From the NCBI GenBank assembly GCA_965113315.1, contig OZ220364.1: 64,000 bases of DNA; one strand, given 5' to 3'. Positions 1 to 54,800 of this stretch are shown here, piece by piece. The notes below the pieces were generated by a model. That model was given only the letters and a program-made list of their open reading frames with translations. It was not told where the DNA came from and ran no database searches. Both the position numbers and the translations under genes were made by a program. This DNA is from Podarcis vaucheri (taxonomy: Eukaryota). How positions within the stretch are numbered: position 1 is the stretch's first letter; each line of letters starts with the position of its first letter.

Positions 1-809
1 GCTGTGTTGCTTTCTATGAACCAATATTTGACATTGCATCTTTAATAAATAGGTTTTATTTAGCATCCTTTGTGTGACTAATCCAATTTTGATAAAAGGC
101 ATTATGGATAAAGAAAACTACATCTCAGTTTGTTGGGTTTTGAAATTTTTGTGTGTGACACGGTACCCATAAGTAAACTTTGGCAATTTGCATGCTACTG
201 TATCCCAAGTTTGAGTGATAGAGTTCTGATTCACATATGGAGTTCTACATGTTGGTGTTGTGTTTTCTTCCAAGTTAGGAATTCCCCTGCATGTGCAAAA
301 CATTGCACACATCATCTCACAAAAGATAAGAGCAGCTCTTGCATGCATGCATCTGTATGCATGTTGGAGGCCCTGAATGCACATCAGGCCTGTTGAATCC
401 TGGCAAAGGAAACTAAATACACTGCCTAGAGACTTCTATGTGATCCAGAAAGAAAGAAAAATTCTAGGTGGGGTTTTATTGGTCAGAACCTTTTGGAAAC
501 ATTGTATTTAATTAAGTCTTGAGAGCATACAGCGTCTATTGTATTACCAATCTATACCTTTTCTAAAAGAAGCCAGTATCAGACCTGGAGTCATGAAATA
601 AGATTAAAAAGTACTTGTAGATTTTCAGCTTTCCTTGAATGAAGAAGTTCATATTTAATTCTACCTGGCTAAAATTTAGCTGTTGCCACGATGAACATAG
701 TGGCTAAAGAAAATATACTAGCATGTATATGAGAGTGAAAACTTGGTGATGGATGGGAAGGCAAGGTCAGATTTGCTAACATGTGAATTTGTTTGTTTAC
801 AACAAACAG

Positions 810-45078
<44,269 letters not shown>

Positions 45079-46437
45079 AGCCTCTCCCCCCCCCCCACCA
45101 TATCTTACAGCGGGCATTCCCGCCAATGTGACTTTTGCTCCATGCATTTGGAAGAGGAGGAAGAAGAGGCCCTTACTGGCCACCAAATTGCCTTGTGGCC
45201 CTAGACTTGCCTTAGGCAACACTGGCACACTACCTGGTCATGCAGGTCAGCCCCAGCATACTGCTGCCTGGCTTTGCCATGATGTAGCCTGCTTTGGATA
45301 TAGGTACCACTGCTTCTTTATATGTATTAAAACTGTCTTCGTTCAGTGCTCTTTGTCTTCAAGGTATCCATTGTAAAGCCATTTTCTAAGGCACTGGGCG
45401 ATAGGATTACCCCTCTGTCCCTTCTGATACACCATTCCCAAGCAGAAGTTTCTGACACCTGCCTCTTCCCCTTTTCTATGCATGTTTAGCTGTATAGCAA
45501 TCACTTGCGTTTCTTTTGGTCTCCAAAGTTCTGCTTATGTACCAGCCCCGACTGCGCCTTTTTCCTGATCATTTTACGATAGATTTAGGTCATTGACTGT
45601 GAAAACGCCCTGAGGGGCTTCAGGGGGTAACGTACACCTGAGAGTAGCATCTCTACTAGCCAGCAGTTGGTGCTCCATAATGAGCACTCTTCAACCGTGG
45701 GACCTCCAAATTGGGTTGGTGCTATGTCCTGGCAGATTGGAGACCAAATAAGATACTAACCACTTTCTTCAGTACAGTACTATTAATAGTACTCAGTGCA
45801 AATTGGATAGTCTCAGCCTGGGAATTGGATTACCCCCCGCAGCTACCCAGCAACTGTTTCCTTGCTGGGGGTAGAAGTGTTAAGATTAGAGCCACTCTTG
45901 CCAGCTATCTTGATGCCCAAGATCAGTGTGTCTGCCAGAGGATAGCATGAGGACATTGCCTGTAAATGGATACAGCCTGTGGAACTGCTCTCTCCCTTTC
46001 TTCGGCTTTCATTTGGACAGTGTTAACTGCACCTAGCTTAGCATCCTTATTGTTTCATAGCTGTGAACTGACATTTACAGAAAGTGCCTTAGACACTACA
46101 GTACTAAGACAATGTTACATATATAATTTGCCTATAACAATGATTTAATGTATTAATTTTATCATATCATGTTACATACACATCTTCTCTAGTCCAAGTG
46201 GTATTGATATTCAGTGATGAGGAATCAGTGTTAACTATGAAATCTTGATCTGTTGCAACATGCTTGAAAAAAATACTTTTTTTTTTGGTTACAAGCTTTA
46301 ACATCCATTATAAAGCTTTTGTTTCTGTGCATTTGGGTATTTCTTAATCCTAACTGGCTGTTGACCACCAGGCATCTGACTGCAAATACCTTGTTTCTTT
46401 GTATCTCCATATTTCTAGACAATGATTTTTGTAAGAC

Positions 46438-46443
46438 AATAAA
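46438..46443 (+). terminator. MYH10 poly(A) signal AATAAA (second AATAAA at 46526-46531)
   Basis: Canonical hexamer about 1.36 kb after the stop, preceded by U-rich sequence. Confidence 0.7.
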
Positions 46444-47606
46444 TTTATTCATTCTAGAGACTCATTCATGCTTGGGCTGCTTACTTAGAAGAGATGCTAT
46501 CCCTCCCAAAATCAAGATAGTAATGAATAAATGAAACTTGCAGGTTTGTCCATATTGATAAACTGATAGTGCTATAAAAGTAAATGATGTTGATAATAAT
46601 ATGAAATACTGAATCATTTTTAAATTGTAAGTGATAGGCATCAAGTCACTTCAATAATTCATTTTCTTGGGTTTTAAATTCTTTTAGTATTTGAGAAACA
46701 GGTGTGCCGAGTTCAGCAACCAATACATAATGCAAGGAATACTAGTCACAGTAACTGGGCGGGGGAATGCTGCCTCCCCCATTCCTTAATTTAGAACAAG
46801 AGAAAACCTTTTATCTGTAAGCCAAGGTTGACAGATGTGGTATCAACCTGTCAAAATCCCTTTCCCTTTAGATTTTGTTTACTCTTGTAGCAGTGTGTGA
46901 TGAAGATGATAAATAGCTTTGCAACTGGTGTATAACTTAAGGCAGTACCCACTCACCACTTTACCAGTGGTGACAGTACAGGAGTGGTGGATTGGTCCAT
47001 TATTACTGATGTATTTACATCTAGGAGAAAACGTCCTACCTGAAGCTTGGTCTTTTGGGTGTGTACTTTCTTCAAGATAAGAAACTATGAAGATGAATAG
47101 GAGCACATGCTACTGCCAATCATGGTGGATGTTGACAGTAGTGAAGCATCATGCAGAAAGTTTCAATTTTGGCTGGAAACCATCAAACCTGAATTCTCTG
47201 TTCAGTTGCCATCTTGACATTAAACAAGTTTTAAGTACTCTTCTTAGTTAGTTCTTAGTGTAACTTAGTCTTTCCTGGCACTCGTCATGTGCTGCAGGAA
47301 TCCAACATAGATTAGGCATGTAGGAGAAGAGAGCCCCCTCCCTGGCTGCCACAATTCCAAAACACATGAAAAAGGATGCTCTTTGATCAACCACCTCCAC
47401 ATCCAGCTGTAGATGCACTCACTTCCCGTATTTACCCTCTACTGACAGCTAGCCACAGCTGTGGAAGGGAACTTGTGTCAACTTTATAAGGGGAAGAGCC
47501 TGCTCAACAGCTGCCACAGTGACACCACCCACTCACCAAAACAACACACAAAGCATAGGCAGAAGCATCTTTTCTGCAAAAGCCAATGTGTCCACATTAA
47601 AAGATC

Positions 47607-47612
47607 TTTATT
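47607..47612 (-). terminator. NDEL1 distal poly(A) signal AATAAA (proximal candidate at 47957-47962)
   Basis: TTTATT on + strand about 1.1 kb past the stop; GU/U-rich sequence downstream on - strand. Confidence 0.6.
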
Positions 47613-48720
47613 TTTGGACCATCTCTCGTTGAACCACAGGATGGCAGTCACCACAGAAATCTGATACACTGTCCTAGGGAAAACATGCCTCAGAGATTCT
47701 GAATAAATAAAGCTACAAAGCCCAAGTTATGTACAAATATCTTAGGCAAAGATATTATGTTTACAAACCTATGTACAGTAAAACAAATGTAAACAGTAAA
47801 TGCAGCAAAGGACACACAAGAAAAGGGCTGACAAAATCCAAGCTGTGAGTGGCAATTTGCCCCTAGCCTGCTCTGGCTTTTACTCCCTTCTCTTTCCCTT
47901 GCTCTTAGGCAATTCCCACTAAATCTCACTAAGAAGCCAGAGCCCCAAACCACTGGTTTATTGAAATAAGATAGGCAAAAGCCAGCAGCATAGGATGAAG
48001 CTGACTAAAATTTTAAAAAAATTAAACAGGTGTTGCTCTACTTTAAAAATTACCAGCTTTGGTGAACAGAGACATAATTGCACAACACACACATTTCTTG
48101 TGCTCCACAGAGGAGATACCACAGCTAGATCTTTAGCAGGGCTGCTCCATCAGGTCTCAAGCCCGTTGGATACACCATCATTTCATTGGGAGTATGGAAG
48201 GTCCATACAGGTTCATCCTGCATCCCAAGTGTATCAGCTGGCCAGAGAAGTTCTAGGCCTTCCCTGGCTTCCCTTGAATATGAGCTGTCTCATCCAGAAA
48301 GGGGGCAGGGTGGGGAAAAGAAATACAGCACTGGGATCCTGTGTGCCTATGTGCAAAGTTTGGGGAGGAGGTGGAGGAGTTGCTAAGGGGCCATCCAGCA
48401 TCAAAGTAGACCCAACTTAGCAGAGGTACAAAACTGGAGGGTGGGGCAGCAGGAGAAGGTGATTTAGGCAAGTGCAACTCCAACATCCTGTGAGACAGAC
48501 ATCAGCGGTGACCACGTTAAAGAACGTCCACGATGGAAATAGAAGAAAATAGACTGTATTGACATAAGGAGTGCTCTGTGTGTGCTGGGATCTTCTCCAG
48601 GCAGCTTCTGAGTGCTACAACCCACTCAGCTCCAGCAGGGGGCACTAACGGAAAAGTTTTGCAAGCAGCTCTTGTTCCTTCACGAACTAATTAGAGTCCC
48701 ATCATGGCCTTGCAACCCAT

Positions 48721-48811
48721 TCATACACTCAGCGGGAGCATGCCTGGTGCTGATGATGGTCTGGACCCTCCTAGACCTGGTGGTGGGCCTTGGTCAAAGC
48801 CATTGACTGCC
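48721..48811 (-). CDS. NDEL1: NDEL1 last coding exon [29 protein letters not shown]
   Basis: cacag| acceptor, TGA at 48723-48721. Confidence 0.95.
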
Positions 48812-51800
48812 CTGTGGAACAGTAAGAGAAAATGGTCAACAAGAAGTACCGACAGATAAAAACTGCACTTGTTGCGCCATGTCACAAACGCATGCAATGC
48901 TGAACTGTTTGTCTTGCAAGGGCTAGCCAAGTGTGTAAACTGAATTGTGAAAATCCAAAGGACTGTTAATCCTGCAAACTAAAGGCCAATAGTTCAGTTC
49001 CCAAAATGCATGCAGCAAGGGCAAGTCCCTTGATAGACACTTCTGTCTCCTTTCAGAATAGTCTTCCATTTGTTTTCAATTTTGGTATGTTTGTTTATAT
49101 TTTACAATTGTATAATTTTGGGGGCTAACTGCAAAAAGGCAAAGTACACATGCATTTTCTATATATTCAATAGAAACATCTGCCTTTGGGGCTGTCATCA
49201 GGGGTAACAAAGCTTTTTGCTTATCCAGAAATACACCAAATGCTTTGTAAGCCTATCTGGCTATATGAAATGGGTATTTTAGTGTGGCAGCACCTATACT
49301 TTGGAACTCGCTGCCTACTGACACCACACAGACACCTTTAGTGTATCCTGTTCTACACCCACCTGCTTAAAACATTTTTGTTTAGACAAGCCTGTTCAGT
49401 CACAGATGTTGGCATTTTTTAATCTTTTAAACTGATAATTTTAATATTTCTTGTAAACTACTAATGTTTCACTACCATCAAGGTGTGCATAAATAACTTT
49501 GTATGGTATGTTGCCTTAGCATTACCACACAACCAAACACAGAAATTATCATCCAAGTTTTCCAGTCTATCAGAAAGCTATGAGAAGTATCAAAACGCAC
49601 AATATGCATTGACCAAACATCACACCTCCATGTAGAGGTGCTCCCCGCTGCCACACAAATACCAAACCAACCTCCGTTTCTACCTCTTGCTCTTAGACCT
49701 AATCTCCATTTGAAAAACTAGAAGAGGGGACTCATAATTTACCACAAGTCCCCAGAGCTAGGCTGCATGCAAATGTGGGACACTCTCCTGCTGCTGCAAC
49801 CCAGAAGAAAAGCAAAAATGAATTACATAAAGAAGGACTAGGTGGCTCACAGAGCTAGTTAAATCTTTGCTGTGGGCTGTGTTACAATAGCTAAGAAATA
49901 GGTCTCAAATTCAATTATTCAAAAGTTGCAGAGTGACAGAAGTGTTTCAGAGTTACAGTGGTACCTCGCAAGACGAATGCCTCGCAAGACAAAAAACTCC
50001 CTAGACGAAAGGTTTTTTCGTTTTCGATTTGCATCGCAAGACGAATTCCCCTATGGGCTTGCTTCGCAAGACGAAAACTTTTCACGACTTTGTTAAACCG
50101 TTAAAACCGTGCTTCGCAAGACGAAAAATTCGCTAGACGGCAAAACTCGCGGAACGAATTAATTTCGTCTTGCGAGGCACCACTGTAGTTAGTTTTGCCA
50201 ATGAATTGGAATTCCCATTGGTTCAATCTATCTAATTGTGTCCTAGACCCACAGCAAGCTCTTCATTCAAGGAGAGGTTTCAGTGAATGGAAGTCCCCTT
50301 TTCTCCTGCCAACCCCCACCCACTTCAAGGGCTCCCCAACTCTCTGGAATGTATGTGTGCACACAGTGGACTGCAGAGGGAAGGGGGAATTCATATAAGC
50401 CTCTGATGGATCAAGAAACCATTTATTAGCAGAATATAATTGGATGCAACCCCCTAGCTACTTTTAGTGTGGTAGAGACAGAGGTGTTTATGATGCTAAT
50501 GAACAGAAAAGTGTCCTGGGAGAATAGACAGATCCATGGCATTGGACATTTAGATAGGATGATAGAACATGTTGAATGACCTAGCCATTATATGCTCCAT
50601 CCAGGTGAAGTGGTTTTGCACAAATTGCCTGTGTTTTCAAAATTTGCAATCCAATCACCAAGAATTGGAGCGATGCCAGATTCTGTACTAGAAGGTGGAT
50701 TCAGAAAGTTCCAGCAAGGTCATGGTTATGCATAGTTCTAGGCTCCCAAACCTACAGGCAGGGGACAACATTTCTGGAATACAAACATTCACTGATGAGG
50801 AGTCCAACTCCTAAATAGACCTGAACTTGTTGACTAGTATTCCCAGATACACTAATGTGGTGTTACCCACAAATATGTACACAGCCCTTTGAATATACTG
50901 ATGTTTATTTCCAATTTCAGGTTTTTAAATGTACTGGGCTTGGGCACAAATTAAGCACACAATGATGATGCTGAAGTGAAACCCAATATATATGTCCAAA
51001 CTTTCTCCCAGTACATAGCTTGTCCCATACTGGACAGAGACAATTCCTACACAGATTGCAGCTGGAGGGTTCATCACAGCTATGGAAGTTCACTTAGCAC
51101 TGAAAAGAGATTGTCTTGGTCAATTGTACAATTCACTGATTAGCAGGCATATAGTGGACTGCTAGGGCTTCCCAGGGCAAGCTAAATGATGGTGGTGTGA
51201 GCCCTACAGTTAAGAAAAACCATTTCTAGGTCACAGATATTCTGAAGATGGCTTAAGGCAATTATAGGCTAACCTGTTCCTACAAAAACCACGCAAAGTG
51301 CTGGGACTAGTCACACAAGGAATGTCATGGTAACAGCTGAGAACTGAGGTACAAGACTGTTCAAATCCAGGCCATTCACTGAACTGCAGTTCTGATGCAA
51401 TAAAGCCCTAGCGAACTGTCGGCCAGCCATTTCTAGCCTACTTATCTCCTTAGAACTGGCTGAGGCAGGAGGCCCATTAAAGCCTCCCTCTGCTTTCCTG
51501 ATTCAACAGCAGATTGAGCTGGAGAAATGCCGCATCAATATAAGCAGGCAAAGCTTCTTGCCTGTGGCATACTTCTCACTCAAACAGCAGAAGTGACTAC
51601 ATTCAGCAGTGACTTCCTCTCCCCTTCTTAAACAGAAATCTATTGACAAAGAATGAATAGGGAGGTAGGGGAATGCCCTTCAAGGCCTTTCCCCTCCATT
51701 TTTCAATGAAAAAGAAAGGACGCTGTGGAAGAAAAATTGAAACTTATGAACTATTTTCACTTTTGGAATTATGGACAAAAGGCTCAAACCTCAGCACTGG

Positions 51801-54800
51801 GCAAGTATCTGCTTTGCCTGATGAAGGTCCCAGGCTTAATCTCCAGGTAGAGCTGGGAGAGGGACGCGGGTGGCGCTGTGGGCTAAAGCCTCAGCGCCTA
51901 GGGCTTGCCGATCGAAAGGTCGGCGGTTCGAATCCCCGCGGCGGGGTGCGCTCCCGCTGCTCGGTCCCAGCGCCTGCCCACCTAGCAGTTCGAAAGCACC
52001 CCCGGGGGCAAGTAGATAAATAGGTACCGCTTACCAGCGGGAAGGTAAACGGCGTTCCGTGTGCGGCTCTGGCTCGCCAGAGCAGCGTTGTCACGCTGGC
52101 CACGTGACCCGGAAGTGTCTTCGGACAGCGCTGGCCCCCGGCCAATAGATGTGAGATGGGCGCACAAACCCCAGAGTCTGTCAAGACTGGCCCGTTCGGG
52201 CAGGGGTACCTTTACCTTTACCTAGAGCTGGGAGAGACTCCCTGCCTGAAACCCTAGAGAGCCAATATATCAGTGTAGACAATAATGAGCTACAGGGACC
52301 AATGATTAGGCAGCTTTCTGTATTTGAGCAAAGTGACTTCACTTCCCCCTCCTCATCTGCAACAGACTTCCACACAGTCAGAATTTTCTCTGAAAGGTCT
52401 CTAAACCTGGAGCAGATTTTGGAGGTCTGTTGGTGGCAGGGGCAGAATGAAGAACAGGCAGGTAAAATCTTGTTAGGCAAGGGGAATTCCACCAGCAATG
52501 GAGTCAACCTAATGTGAATGACACCTTTTAATACAGGGCTTTAAAATATTGTTTCATCTTTATCTTACTTCCTTAATTTCTGATGTAAAGTGTTAGGTAC
52601 TTCTTGAAGACGTGCACAATTCTTAATGCCTACTCCAAATTCCTCCACTTGAAATTTGAGCATGAAATAAAATGATGCAAATTAAGTACACAATGAATTA
52701 AGAAACAAGCTAACATGCAAATATTGTTTCAAGCAGCAAACCTTCAGTTCACAGATTATGGAGAAGGAAAAGGAAATTGGAATCTATGATCACGATTAGA
52801 ATCAAAATTCATTGTGGGTATTTTCAAGGGTGTGCTTTATTGTTCAATTAGGGTTTCATGTGGCTTATTTATGGTATTTTTACCCTTGCCTTCCACACTT
52901 GCTGTGTACTAATGACTAAAGAGCTCAATCCTGTTATACAGGCGGCAACCATTTTAGGCATGCCCAACTGACATATGATTGCAGACGCACAGGTCCTTTT
53001 GGACCCAGATGAAGGCTTATACGCACTCCACTGACGCTTATGGGGGCTGGGAATAGAACCCCCACATGAAAAGGTCACCACCTGAATATAAAGCAGATAT
53101 ATATGAATCTTGCTTGTGATATGTGGTATCAATCCACTATCCCCTCTTGTGTTTCCAGATTATTATTATTTTATTAATTTGGGTTTTTTTCCCATTTCTG
53201 CATAAATGCTATGGACGGTGGACTGTTTCAAGGCCTAATTGTTAAAAACTTTCATTTTGCTTATCACAATACTGATTGTTCCTGCTTTATGTGATCATTT
53301 TTTTCATATTTTTACAAAAAAAAGTTATCTTTATGTAATGTAAGGTTCAGCAGGTAGTAACTCTATTTCTGGGCCTATTTGTAATTGATGCTCAAATACA
53401 ACTAAGGCATTTGTTTTTAAAATTTCATTAAATTGTACTGTTTGCTAAAGTACTAACTTTACACAATACATTTTATATTCAAGTTTGAAATTGATGAATA
53501 AGTACTTATATATATATTATTTTGTCTCAAAATTTCTAAGGGTTTGTTTTTCCATGGTTTGCCAATTTCCAGAAGTTTCATTTCTGTACACAGCACACAC
53601 CTCAAATCTGGCACGTATTTGTCGCACTCAAGTGGCATGCATGAAGAGGACAAGAGTTCAGTAGAAGTATAGCATCCTGTTACGTAAAATCTATAAATCT
53701 AGTTACATGGCAATAAAAACCAAAAACCAATTCAGTCACAAGATTAGTATCTCAGCCCCACACATCCCTGATAAGTGACACACACTCGCATCCCCACGCA
53801 TCAGGCATCACACCAAAACAGTTGCAATTACCCATGAAATGCGCAGGGAATCTGACCTATCCAAAAAGGAGAGATGGAAACAATTCATATTGAAAATATC
53901 TGTTATGTCAAAAGACTTCCAGGCATCACTGATGAAGGTGAGGTTCTTGAAGTCAATTTAGGAACTAGTATTAAAGCCAAAGTGGGGAATTGCTTTCCAA
54001 ATTCCACCAAGCATAGCACTAAAACAGCAAGATTAGAGATGCCTAAAATCAATCCAGTTTACCATCTACACATCTGCCTTGCTTTGGGAACACTTTGCTA
54101 TTAGGGGTTCTGCCTACACAACTGGCATTCATGTATACTGTATATATTTCTAATAATATAGTCAGTGGTCCTTTGATGGCCTACCAGAGACCATTTTTAG
54201 TACTAGCTTGTACAACATCAATACAGCTGTGTTTAGAATTTGATAACGCTGTACATTAATGCTAACATAAGATACAAAGACACCAGCATGGAATTCTGGC
54301 TTGGGCTGGGATCTAAAGCGTGCTCTGCTGATGGTGCTCTCATTCTGCGATAGAAATGTGTGCTACTACAATGCAAGCAAGGAACACACACAATTGTACT
54401 CTTGGCAATGAGATCTAAAGCAGGATGAGATATAAACCCTCCAGGGATTGCATACACACACCTGCCTTCATATCACATGCATTTACTCCCCCAGCCAACT
54501 TGGCTTGAAAACAGTATTTTGGGGTTTTTGAAGCCCAACTCCTGGAGGAGTGATAGATTTTCTGGAGATTGCAAATGGGCTGTGACAGACCATCACAACA
54601 ATTAGGCTTGAGAAAAACCTACTGAGGGCAACAGAAGGCTATTTATCAAGTTTAATTGCAGAGCACAGGGTGTTTTGGTGCAAAGGGAATATTAACACTT
54701 TCCTTCCTAGCTGTGACAAACTGAAATGCTCTGGGAAAAGCCTTTTTTCATATTTAATTGTAGCAGGGAAGGGAACACTGTAGGCCAGATGGGGAGGTCT

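Noticed and set aside
47995-48420. 141-aa + strand ORF between the genes
   Set aside because: Lies antisense within the NDEL1 3'UTR; no recognisable domain or splice support
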